This document shows, one piece after another, positions 23,491 to 36,250 of a stretch of DNA of 64,000 nt. Location of the stretch: contig CM120643.1 in NCBI GenBank assembly GCA_051362555.1, positions 5,952,001 to 6,016,000 of the forward strand, written 5' to 3'. The notes below the pieces were generated by a model that was not told the DNA's origin, ran no database searches, and saw only the letters and a program-made list of their open reading frames with translations. The translations under genes and the position numbers were made by a program. Each line of letters begins with the position of its first letter. Positions within the stretch are counted from its first letter, which is position 1. Source of the DNA: Lingula anatina. Taxonomy: Eukaryota; Animalia; Brachiopoda.

Positions 23491-26400
23491 ATGTCTACAC
23501 AGTCGCTGGTAATTTTTATTTTTTTATTCAAAACTGGAATCCTGTAGCAAGTTTAATGAAATCACACACAGCGTCTTTTGACCTGTTCATGATTTTTTAT
23601 GTAGTTTATTAATATTCAAAATGACATTCTTACAAAATTCATGTCACTAAACGTTTTGCTGATCATTCTGATACTGGTACAAATGCATCCATCACAAACT
23701 ACCAAATAAAGATACAGAACTCCATGATCTGTATCTTGTTTAACATGATTTCATTTATTTATTGTACATATTGCAGATAATAGCTGATATGGAAAATGAA
23801 ATTAATAAAGAAGAACAGTGTGCTCGTAAGTTGTGTGTTTGTATAATCAGACTACATATATGTTTTATCATACAATGGGCCTAAAACTACTCTTGCAATT
23901 ATTTTATTGTAACTTGCATAAAAACGATTTTATTTGTTCGTAATATGAAAATATGATATATATCTCTTTCTTTATTCACATTAATTAAAGGGATAATAAT
24001 TAACTCTTTGTATGAGATCTATATTTTACAATAAAAACATTGTGAACAACTCATATAGTAATATAATATAATATAATCTGTTTTACCACAAAAACAGCAG
24101 TTATAGCTATTATTCTGATATCTGAGCTTGTCAGCAGACCACATGAACTCCAAAGATGGCCATACTCTGTAATATGAGATTATAACAAAAAAAAACTTTT
24201 TAGGGGGAAAAAAAACTGGGACTAACTTTGAATGTAGACATGGATTCATTAACCATTGGTTACTATGGGAAAATTGTTCTTTACTTCAATAGAATAAATT
24301 TTTTGGCCAAGACGAACAGTTATTTTCCCAGTGATCAGTTTGAATGTCTGTAGTGTAAATATCAAAAAGATATATTGATAGGTAAAGATATATTGTGATA
24401 TTTATTCTTTTTATTTTTAACAGCCATGGCCACAGTCAGAATTGTTTTAAAAAACAATTTATTGAAAGCAAAAGTGGTGGGCAGGGGAACTGCCCTCGGG
24501 GGATGGGACCCCCAGCGAGGAGTGAACCTGTCAAGGTTCACCGATATGGGAGTCCCATCTCTCAGGGCAGAGTATCTCCTGCCCAAGGGCTCAAATATGG
24601 TATGGAAATTCATTAAACCACAAAATGTAAGTATGAAACTTTTTTTTTTACAAAAATAATGATCTGAGGTAAAAATGATAATCTTTCAAATTGAAAAGAA
24701 AATTTAAAGTCCAATACGTTTAAGTGTTTATTTATTCATACCTTCATTCATTTCTTCTGGTGTATTTGATTTATCATTTATTGTATATATATATAAACAT
24801 TTTACTTTTCATTTTAGACAATAACACATCATCATGTAATTTATTTGTTTGTTTGTTTGTTCATTCGTTCATTTATTCATTCATTCATTCATTCATTCAT
24901 TCATTCTTTAAATTTATTCAGCCTTACCACCCTGGGTCTGGCTGGACATGGGAGCCTGAACCCTTTAGGAACAGGTGCCTCCAGGTGACCACTAAGGACA
25001 GCATGGAAGTGACCTGTACTTGGGGAGAACTGGACATGGAAATAAAAGGTGTTTGAACTCATAATTCTCGTAACCTTTTAAATCTGTCATGTACAACATT
25101 TGGAAATCTCACTATCCCATAAAAAACTGTAGAAAAATGATGAAATGGTCTTTTAATATTGTCAAATACATTTAAGACTTTATTTTAGTGTATATCATAA
25201 CTTGTAAATAATAAATAAATGTGTCATCTTATTCCAGAGTGGGACTACATGTACAAGCCTGAAGTCCACACAAGTGGTAAGTCCACACCATGGCTCTATT
25301 CAGTCAACTTGATGCATTTTTTATCTTTTAGGAAGGATTCATGAAATAAAATTACAAAAACATCTTGATTCTCAGGGTTTAAGTCTGGACCCTCAGGGGC
25401 TGTTGACAGTGAATTTGGAGACCTAGCTAATGTGCACTAACTCCATGGAAACTCTCACTGAATACAATCAGATTAACAGACTAGCATGCTTCTTTTTGTC
25501 TCCAACATACTCCAACATACTCACATAAAGACATTCCTTAAAATTCAATTTTGTTCTTTCAGGTGATACCAAAGAAGAGAATAATGTAGCAATTGTTAAG
25601 ACCCAAAGCATTGAGGAACTAGGTAAGGCTGGAATCTTAGTAAAATAATTATGAATTTTAATATACTTGCACATACAAATACTCTAACAAACACACATAC
25701 ACATGTACATACATACCGCAAGCGTGTTGCTTATGCAAAGTCTATTTTTTAGCATACTTATGAAATGATTTATATATTTTTAAGTCAGTTAAATCTTTGA
25801 ATGTGTTTTCATCAAAGTGTAATGGGCCTACTGAATCCTTTTTGAACATGCACAGATATGGAATGTTAAGTCTGTATTTTTAAATATTAAAATATCATTT
25901 TTTCTTTAGTGGATATCAAAGACACAAAGAGTGTGTCAGATGCTGAGGGCACCGAGGAGAGAGGTAAGATAGTAAGATCAATTTAACAGGTGTTTATTTA
26001 ACACACTTCAAAAATTTACACACACACAAACAGGCTCTCAGACACAAACAGGGGCAAATTGAGGCCATCTTCTGGGTCTTCCGGAAGATGGTCAGAAGAT
26101 TACATTGATGGGGATTTATTTTTTGTCAGAAGACAGTCCACAATGGAGGATGGATCAACAAACATAATTTGCAAGACTGTCAGAAAATCTCTCTAGATCC
26201 GCCCCTTACAAACATTGTGTTTTATTCCCTGTTCAGTGATCTAAATCTTTGAATACATCTTTGACTATGGTATTGAATCCTTGTTGTGCATGGGCATGGA
26301 ATGTTGAACTTGTGCTCCTTTTTTTTCTTCAGTTGATGTCAAAGATTTTCATATTACGAACAAATAAAATCGTTTTTATACAAGTTACAATAAAATAATT

Positions 26401-26622
26401 GCAAGAGTAGTTTTAGGCCCATTGTATGATAAAACATATATGTAGTCTGATTATACAAACACACAACTTACGAGCACACTGTTCTTCTTTATTAATTTCA
26501 TTTTCCATATCAGCTATTATCTGCAATATGTGAAGGATAGAGGACGTGAAGGATAGAGGTAAGACAGCAGGGTGAATAGAATAGGGATCTATTTATTACA
26601 TTGATGACATGTGATTGTGCAT

Positions 26623-26657
<35 letters not shown>

Positions 26658-27831
26658 AAGGTACTGTACTTGCATGCATGTTGACAGACTTAAAGAGATA
26701 CTTTATCTTCTGAAAAAATAATGCTTTTGCTGTGTAACGCTTGAACACACATAACGTTGTCTTGAAAATTAAATTCAATTCTGTCCTTTCAGTTGATACC
26801 AAACTAAAAGACAAGAACAATGTATCACTTTTAAAGACCCCAAGTACTGAGGAGATACCGGTAGGTATGACAGGAATCTCAGTAAAATAGTTATTACTTT
26901 TAATATACTTATGAAACATGCATGCACACACACATACACTAACAAACACACACACACACATACATACACACCACAAGCATGCTGCTCAAGCAAAATCTTT
27001 AGCATACTCAAGAAGATAATTTATTTTTAAGTCATTTAAATATTTGAATGTGTCTTCCATGAATTGTAATACTGAATCCTATTTGAACATGCACAGAATG
27101 GAATGTTAAGTTTTTATTTGATATCATTTTTCCTTTAGCAAATATCAAAGACTCAAAGATTGTGTCAGATGCTGAGGGCATCAAAGAAAAAGGTTAGACA
27201 ATAAGCTTTGGACAATTTAATGGAAATTCATTTAACACACTTAAAAATGTAAACACACACAGATGGACTTTAGGGGGGAGACTCACAAACAAACACTGAG
27301 TTTAGATTCTCTGTTCAGTGATCTAAATCTTTGAATGTATCTATGACTTTCTTAAGTATTACATGTATGTATTGAATGCTTGTTGTGCACAGGTATGAAA
27401 TGTTTCATTTGTTTTCCTGTCTTTCTTCAGTCAATATCAAAGACACAAAATCTGTGACAGTGGATGTGAAGGAGAGAGGTAAGACAGTAGGGTCAATATA
27501 AAAGGCATCTATTTATTAAACTGATGGAATGTGATTGTGCATGTACATGCACACGCACACACACTCCTTCCAACACAGTTTGTGCTTTTGGCAAGTTTAA
27601 AATGATACTTGGCAATTTTGTTTATTCCAAATACTGGTAAAAGTGTTTCGTTGAAGCTTCATACATAAAATATGATGTTTCACTGACTACTTTTTGTACA
27701 TTTTATATTATTGCCTCTTAGTAAGTAATATTGTCTTATGCACTTCAGCTCCAAAGAATCCCTGTCAATCTAGGTGGAGGAGGGTATTAAATCTGTTCAC
27801 TTCATGCTTCAGACGCAGGCCAAGAACATAA
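23491..27831 (+). CDS. Multi-microexon orphan protein (~221 aa) with acidic/Lys repeats and a basic Cys-containing C-terminus
   Basis: Exons 23491-23508, 23777-23825, 24107-24168, 24922-25048, 25238-25276, 25563-25622, 25910-25963, 26793-26864, 27139-27192, 27431-27478, 27749-27831 all have AG/GT ends and join into a 666-nt open frame (MSTQSLIIADMENEINKEEQCA...SRWRRVLNLFTSCFRRRPRT*). UTR exon ~28179-28270 with AATAAA at ~28252. Exon 3 acceptor is weak. Confidence 0.72.
25530..27560 (+). repeat. Intragenic tandem duplication of a three-exon module (~1.2 kb)
   Basis: Exons and introns of 25540-26690 are homologous to 26770-27560. Confidence 0.88.
26345..26531 (-). repeat. Inverted templated copy of 23766-23952 inserted into exon 26333-26558
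   Basis: 187-bp reverse complement with one mismatch seen. Confidence 0.95.
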
Positions 27832-28947
27832 ATGGTTATTATTATTATTATTATTATTATTTATTAAATAAGTCAGCCAGTCAGACGTTTAGAAATGAGG
27901 AAAAGTCAACAGTATTTTCAAAAGAACAGATTTATTATACATAGGAAGTTATTTTTGTTTGTCTCTTTGTTTTGATGGTATCATAACTAAGTAAACTTTC
28001 AGTTTTTTAGAGGAAAACTATGTCAAACAGCTGGTAAAACTGTACATTAAAGCAGTAATTTTATGAAAGCCAGCAGGAGCTGGTGGTTGTAGAGTAACTG
28101 TCAACATCTATTTACACCTAACTGAATACACATTTTAACTGATTTATATTTTAATATTTTTATCTTTTATTTTTCAGGGTCGTCAGTGCAGAACTATCAT
28201 TACCTCTGTAGAAGTCAGTTAAAAACTGAAAATGTCATTTTCTTAATTTACAATAAAATATTAATATTTGTAATCAAATGAGTTTTGTTTTTCTGTCTTT
28301 TTTTAATTGAGGGTACCACTAGGGAGGGGTGATCATAGTTCATGGGAAATAAAACCATTAATTTACAAATCACAGTTAACAAAACTTTATGCATATCTCA
28401 CCAACAATGCTAGTTGAAAATCATGAAAATTACGAATTACCGGGTATAAGGCTTTGTTTTACGAAGGGCAAAGAATAAAAAGCCACATTTACGGGTTTTG
28501 GGAATGAGGTGCTTCATGGAATATTGACATTTCACACATCTCAGGGAAATAAAAAGTCGCTTTAACCAGTTACAAAATGCCCAATGGGACTCTTTTAAGT
28601 TTGAAAAAGCATAGTAAAGCGATTTTTGTTTTAAGGCATTTGGGACGTCATGCAAGAAGCCAGCACTTGACTTTTTTCACAATAAATGAAGCACTATGGT
28701 AATAACCTTATTCCAATACACCAACATAATAGTTACATTTGATTTCTGATTCAAGTTTACCTCAAATATTTTATCAAATTCTTTTTTTCATTTCATTTAT
28801 TAAACTTAAGAAATAAACTATTCATGGTACAAACTTTTGTTCAAATACATACGTAAACACTCATACTCACACACATGTACCCTATCATACAGCTCAATTA
28901 CTGATAACTTCACTTTCGCTTTTATATTCCAGTGTGTTCATGTTTAA

Positions 28948-29105
28948 ATACAATAGATATATAGTTCAAACTCCTAGGAATTTACTTGAAAAGTAAACTT
29001 GCTTTAGATGAAAACGGCTTTCTAGATACAATAGATATATAGTTCAAACTCCTAGGAATTTACTTGAAAAGTAAACTTGCTTTAGATGAAAACGGCTTTC
29101 TAGAT
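28948..29105 (+). repeat. 78-bp perfect tandem duplication
   Basis: ATACAATAGATATATAG at 28948 and 29026. Confidence 0.95.
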
Positions 29106-29149
29106 CACTTGCAACTTTTACAGATAATGAGCCCGTTTTAATTAACTTT

Positions 29150-29425
29150 AATACGTGTAATATTGAGAGTATTTAACGTTTAATGCATCTGGTGGCTACT
29201 ACAGTGGAGGAACGGGGAAAACACTCCAACGTTATTAGCGCCACCGGTAAAATAATTGAGAGAGATCTCCCCCAACTGGATGGTATCTTGAAAGACAGAA
29301 TTGAGAAAACAACAAAACGAACTGTGGGGATCCCACCCACCCAGGAAGTTATCTTTTTAAATTTTTTATCCAGCAGACTTCTGACTTTTAAGGGCAGTAA
29401 ATGGTTTTAAGTAGTTTTTTGTCTC
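29150..29425 (+). mobile_element. Degraded Rex1/Babar-type LINE fragment
   Basis: TTVEERGKH..VISATGKIIERDLPQL...SRLLTFKGSKWF, homologous to 21990-22299. Confidence 0.75.
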
Positions 29426-29748
29426 TCTTTAATTCCACTTTTAGGCCTAGTTCATAATTTTTTATTGTCCAGTGTTTTATCTTAGTTTTATCTCTCAAAA
29501 TGATTAAAGGATTTAAAATCTTTTACAACACCCAGCTGCGGTACGATCTTTTTTCTCTTTTACACACAGTACGCTTTGAAATATGTGCTCGAAGTAGCTA
29601 CATCTCTTTACTTTTCTCGTCCCAAAAACGTTGTCAACGCTCTCAGTTCAGGTCTATCCTTTAAAATAAAATGATCTATTGTATAAAATATAACATGAGT
29701 AAAACATGAGTAAGACCATAACACTATAGTATAATCAAAATTCTTCCC

Positions 29749-29779
<31 letters not shown>

Positions 29780-32277
29780 ACACACAATACAATATATACT
29801 GATACCATACAAACTCAGCGTGTGTAGGAGTGTGAAAACTAAAGTTCACGGATAGGATATGCCATGTAAGGGGACATAGGTTATATCCTTTTGCGTTTCT
29901 TTATTCTGTCAATTTTGAGAAGAAATATCAGTGTCTTGTATTACACTTAGTCAATATAAATTTTTGAAAAGTCAATTTTCCTCCCTCTATCACGTAATTC
30001 GTCAGATGTAATAAAATACAGCATTTCCCCAGAAAACCTTTACCCCCATTTGTGTGAATGCACTGTGCCGTCTGCAGAGCTCAGCGTCTGCCACCATGCT
30101 GGATGCTCGCGCTTCCCGGGAGCTGAACAGTTAACGCGGTCTGAAAAATTTTAGGGAGAGTCAGATAAAATAGAGAGGAACCGTGGCAAGTATAAAGTTC
30201 TACGTGTTGAAGCTGGAGATGTGGGCTAGTTTAACTCTTTTCTTTAAAAGTTCTCAATAAACTCTGCCTTTCACCAACCCTATGCAACCGAAATATTTTG
30301 CTGGCATCTTGATACATTTTCCACTTCTGTCTCCCCCGTAAAACGGTCCATACTAAAAAATCAATAATCGCATGGCAATTTTATACAGGCAATTGACCTA
30401 CTTTTATACCCATGCACCTAACATCGAGTTTTATGGCTGTGGAGTGAAAACGTGATACACGTCAGTGATATAAAAAATTTATTTCTAATTACACAATTTA
30501 CGATCAGTGCATATGACTCAAAAGTGTCCCGATTTGTGAGTTTAAGGGGACATTACTTTTTGAAAGTAATGAAAAAATTGGAAACAAACCAAAATCAGAA
30601 AAAAATGCATTTTTTCTCTTATATGCAAATTAGGTTCCTTGAAGTAATATAAGACTGGCCGGAAGTGATGTTCATATCAGAGATTTGTAATGATGATGAT
30701 CTTAATGATAATTAATGATGCTTAAAAAATCTTATTAAAGTTTTCAGTTGTCATCTGGTGTGAAAGAAATTTTCTGCACTAACACAATCAGTCCACAAGT
30801 GAAAAATAGATAGTAAACGCGCCTCAGAGATGCACTGCAGACGTCCCAGTTTTTGGATGAAAATCGCACGCCTAAGATATAAGGTTATGATTATGATGTA
30901 AATATATGCGTGTCTAAGGCTTCCATTAAATTTTTGACTGCATTTCTATTTATCTGGTTCGACAAGAGTGGCTTTTATTGGGATATTTTCTTTCTCTTTT
31001 TTTTAAAGCGAAAACAAGGCATAAAAGTCAAAATATTCAGAAGTAAAAAGATTTCAAATTTTCAAATCTTCTTGGTCACTTGTCGTGGTGGTTCACAGGG
31101 AAATTTTCAGACAACTTACACTGGTATAAATTGATAATCATCCGACTACGCGCTTTTTAATTATGTTCGTGATACACATGTAAATCACGCTCAAAACCTC
31201 CTTGACTTGTGTCAAAATTACATTTTATATTAGACAATTACATTTTTGGATTGTGTCAAAATGTGTTTTTTAGTCTTCTCTTACTGTTTAAGTGCGGAAA
31301 ACAGGCCTGTTTGTTGTAAATAAAGTTTAATATAAGCAACAAGTGAAGTCTTGAGTCGTTATTCTCACAACATTTGGATTTTTTACCTTCTTAATTTTTT
31401 AAACAAAATCAAGTTGTTACGTTGTCTGTGATTAAACAAACAAATATTACATTCCATACATAGATGTACTTTATAAACCTGTCTGCAGCTGCCACTACTT
31501 AAATTTCTCATGTCTAGGAAACTCGCTGATGTACAGAATATGTGCACTTATTTAAATACAGGTGTATATGTGCTTGTCTAGATACGGGTAATCTACATGT
31601 AGAGGAAGAAGAAGGTCTTTTCGATATTTCGGCTACACGTAAGACCTGACGAAACACCCCTTGATGACTTTTATTTTATAAGTTTTTCTGTCTACTTGTA
31701 CTTCTGTCCCCTTGATGACTTTTATTTTATAAGTTTTTCTGTCTACGTGTACTTTTTGATAGCCCTGTAAAAATGTAAGCATGGTTTAATTATGAATTTT
31801 CGGAAAAAAAACTAGTAGAATACTACGCAAAAATAAGTTAACACAAAAAGAAACAAATATGATTGATATATCACTCCAAAACTTTTGCTGTTTCTTTCGA
31901 CAGGATTTGATACGAGGCGGTATATCTATACTACACTAAAGACATTTTTTTTTATGTATCGAAATACTTTTGATGCAGCAGAATCATCATATCAAAAACA
32001 CCAAAAAAGTGATAACTCATATCCACCGGAGTAGTGTATTTTTATTTTAATTCTGTTATTAGGTTACACATTTAATTCTCTTACCTAGATTACATTTGAA
32101 AAGCGTACTGTGCGATGAAATCGCAAACGATTTTTCGTGCGTTTTGTTTTTTTTTTTTCATTTTGTTTTGCATCGTAAGTGGCTACGGGCTACGGCGAAT
32201 ACGTTTACATTACGGGCGGGTTAATGTTAATCAATCCAAAAATATTTATTTTATTACGAAACAGTGTTACTTTTTAT

Positions 32278-33650
32278 ACAGATACTAAGGAATTGAATCT
32301 TGAGCTGGTCCAACCATTGTACTTCATATCTGCTCATTAATGACAAAATCCCCGCAATACTACTGGTACACAACAAGTAGACAGCCCTGTAGGTAGCTAC
32401 AAATCAGCCAATGGGTACACAATGCTTTATGGACTTCTTTAAAGACTTCTGCTGCTGTTACACAGAGACGAAGTAAATATAAAACAATAATGCATGTATC
32501 AGACTTTCTCAAAAATAGATTATTTAATAGAATAAAATGGCGATTGTTTTATTTATCATTACTTTTACATGAGACTGAGCTCTCGGTATTATTCTACCGG
32601 ATTTCATTGCTGGCGAAATCAATACTGGAGACGACGGTTATATTGACGCGGATAAAGAAATTTTAATTAATTAATTTTAATTAATTCATAAATCCTAACT
32701 TGAGCTTTAACCTTGGTCATAATTAATAATTTTGCCCATGCTTTCACTAAATCGTTTTACTACAGGCAAGAGGTAAACCTGAACAGATGAATAGGTCCAA
32801 TAGTGCTGTATCATCCTCGCCCGGTCTTCTCTTGAATTGTTCCCACAGAAAAACGTAAAGCACGTACTGGGGCTGCCAGACACCTTTTTTCTAGAACTTC
32901 TTCATGCCATTTTCTTCATTTTACTTTCTTTTACAGATCTTGTATCAATGCTCCAACTTAAACATTCCTGGGCCCATCATAATACGTTGATAAAAAAACG
33001 AATAAAGCAATAAAAGATTGGTGAGGGTATTTTCTACAATAAAACACCAACATTAAAAGTAATAATTAAAGACACCGAAATTTCTGCTCATTGTTGAATT
33101 TTCCCCATCATTCGTCTTTGTCTAAATCATCATTTTGTGCATTGTCTTCAAATATTCATGAAGCCCAGATTTTGGGAGAGGGGCAACTGGCGCAATGAAG
33201 CCCACATAATCCTCTAGTTAATTTCATTTACAATCACACTTACCACATCGTCACCATAACAACAATATAAGCTCTTTCTGTAAAATAGCAAAATTTCTGT
33301 CCACAATCAACTGATTTTGTAAGAATGAAAACATCAATTGAATAACATGACTATAAACCAATGTTATGAGATATGGTATGTTAAACCTGAAGCTAGAGGA
33401 TGAACAAGGACAGTGAGAAGTCGTTCTCTGTAATGGGTTCTTGACCACTCCTCTAGGTCCAACCTTATCAGTAAAATACGCCGAACGGTATTCCATGTCT
33501 CGCCTGCCTAACTGCAGGCAATTATGATATCAGTGCAAACATTGAATCGCCGAGTAGGAGAAGGGGTTGGGGGCAACGAAAAAATCACTTACTTGAAGTT
33601 GGCCATCGACTGACTGGGGTCTCGGTCCTCGATGCAATGCATCAAGAACT
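32278..33650 (-). pseudogene. Decayed death-fold/TRADD-N-like gene, copy 2
   Basis: Same splice sites as copy 1; LQGCLLVVYQ*/SIAGILSLMSRYEVQWLDQLKIQFL and LWEQFKRRPGEDDTALLDLFICSGLP; frameshifted. Confidence 0.4.
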
Positions 33651-33900
33651 TGTTTATAAATATGTAAAGTGGTAAAGAAATGAACAGGGCCCATCATCTT
33701 CTTCTCCGCTAAGAACTGACGTGGCTGAAAATGTAAGGGCGGGGTAGGGGGGGGGGGGATAAGCTCCTATCCACCACCCCCCCCCCCCCGCCCCTGCAAA
33801 CATTTTTCTCAACCTACTATCATTATCATATAGAAATAAATAAATACGGTGTTAGGTATGTGTAATGTAATCAGGGCGCTGGAAATTACTTTTATTCTAT

Positions 33901-33931
<31 letters not shown>

Positions 33932-35969
33932 TTAGTTTTGGAAACTTTTAAGGTCAGACTAAAAGAGTGTTTTCTTATGCAAGAATGATAACTTACATAA
34001 TATCTCTAAACCGATATCAAAAGAATGGAGATACTCATAATAAACGCGCCTGCTTTCTCTAAATTTCGTTGTTTGCATCACAGGCTGATGATTAAAAAAA
34101 GGTAGATATGAAGACATTTACCGCGAACATGAATTTGTGTTGTACTAATATGTGAATATAGAGTAGAAACTGAGTATGTCTTTTTACTAGAAGCAACTAC
34201 ACTGGGTTTATTTCACAACTCAATTTTTCAGTCAATGCAGATAAGGAAATGACAGAGCAAGTCAAAGCTGAAATGACACACCAAACGAAACCATTGAATA
34301 TTGTCACAGAAAAGCAAAGTGCGTATAAAAACGGCCAATATATTACCTTTAAAGAGGTTTTTAATACTTCTGATTATTATCTATTTTGACCTGGGATTTA
34401 ACATATGTATTACTGCAAACTTAATTCATTATCGTGTATTTATTTATTTACTATTTTATCTATTTTACCTCTTGTGGGTAATTATCCTGTGCCTTATTCC
34501 CTTATTCTTTCTTACGGGTGAACACACTCCATGCCATAGAATTGCTGTGTACATGTAACTGAAGGATAGCCTTTGGAGTCTACAATACAAAGTAAAATGT
34601 GTCCCTCAGCAAGGTGGGACTACAGATCTATATTGGCGCAGAACAGATTTGCAATTTCTTTTGGATTTCAAATTCTGTCCTTTGCTCTCAGTCTTCTAAA
34701 CATCTTAACTAAACAGTCTTCCTGCCGACAATCTCCAACCCCGAGTGTAGCTTGGACTTATTTTTTAAACATAACTAAAAAAACTGCCTGCTAGTATAGA
34801 AATGTAAGACCGAGACTTTAACTTAAACACGGACACCCAAAACTGTAAAGAATATCTATTTAGTACTCATGTCTATACACTGTATTTGCTCATTAATGAC
34901 GTCCAGAGGTTGGCGCGGTAAACAAATACACTGCTTCATTTATAAATAACGACACTGACGGTATTTCTAACTTTAAAGTAAAACAAGAAAAGTTGAAAAG
35001 TTGGAGTAAACGCTTGAGTTTTTCTATAAACAGTACCCAATGTCCGCCAATATTCAGACCTGTATAAGGCTTTCACTTTAAGATAATGATAAATGAATTA
35101 AGATAATGATGGAATATGATAAGCTTTATTTATTTTTGTGTAAAGCTCTCTTTTGGAAGAACGGAAGTCTTCAAATTGTCATATTTGATGTAAAAGTTTC
35201 ATATCGATAGCTGAATGTAAATAAACGTTATTTTGGTTTATTTTAGTAAGTCTCCGCTGTAATCATATCCACTTAGAAAACACCCCTCTCATGTGGGAAG
35301 TGGGTGTGACGATTATTTCCCTTTATAACCAAAACCAAATTCTCCAAGTAGAGCGACCCATCGTGGCATATTTAACCTCGGCCTCGGGCTGATCACTTGG
35401 CATGTTGAATTCCACGAGAATTTCAGGGGAAAGGTTCTTGGTGGTCGTGTACGCTTCTAACTCAACCAACTCCACAAAGTCTCACCACAGCGTTGTGCGG
35501 AACCCATGATACACTAACGAAGGGAAATAATGTAATTTAAAATCTGGTAGAACTAAATTATATAAAACATGTTTTGGAAACAAGCAAGCAAATAAACGAA
35601 AAATAAAAAATCTAACTTACTATATAAATATATAGATAATACATGTAAATATGTAAATAAAAAAGAATGAAAGAAAGATATGAAAAGAAAAAAATGAAAA
35701 GAAAAATGCTGCAAATGGGGTGAAAATGATTTCCTACCTGCAGTTTCACTAAAGTCAATTATGATAAACGGAATGTGACTAAAATATGATGAACACATTA
35801 CGTTTTTAATTTCTTATATATTGTATACCTTTAATCACTCAACTAGCTGAGGCCGGAATAGTTCTTTTACCTCCTCTCACCTATATTTAAATTTACTTAT
35901 TTAAATAATCCTGGAGACAGTCCATTCTCTACGGTGTATTCATTGTTCGACAGGTATACTTGATCACCA

Positions 35970-36250
35970 GTATGATGATTGACGTTTGTTTATATAACTG
36001 CCAATCAAGCCATCCACTTTCAATAGCTTTGATTGGCACCTCTCAATCACAGGAAGTAAAAGCTCCTTTGCAGGATGATTGTGATTGACGTTTGTTTAAC
36101 TAACCGTCAATCAAGCTGTCAAATTTGACAGCTTTGATTGACACCTATCAATCACAGGAGATAAAAGTTCTTTGGCGGTATGGATGTGATTGACGTATGT
36201 TTACTCAAACTGTCAAATTTGACAGCTTTGATTGATATCTATCAATCCCG
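35970..36250. repeat. Three ~105-bp units rich in TGATTGAC/GTCAATCA palindromes
   Basis: TGATTGACG at 35976, 36082, 36187; internal palindrome CTGTCAAATTTGACAG. Confidence 0.8.

Noticed and set aside
29540-31330. Possible piggyBac/Kolobok-type ends at TTAA sites (~30131, ~30231)
   Set aside because: No matching partner TIR or TSD pair could be identified.
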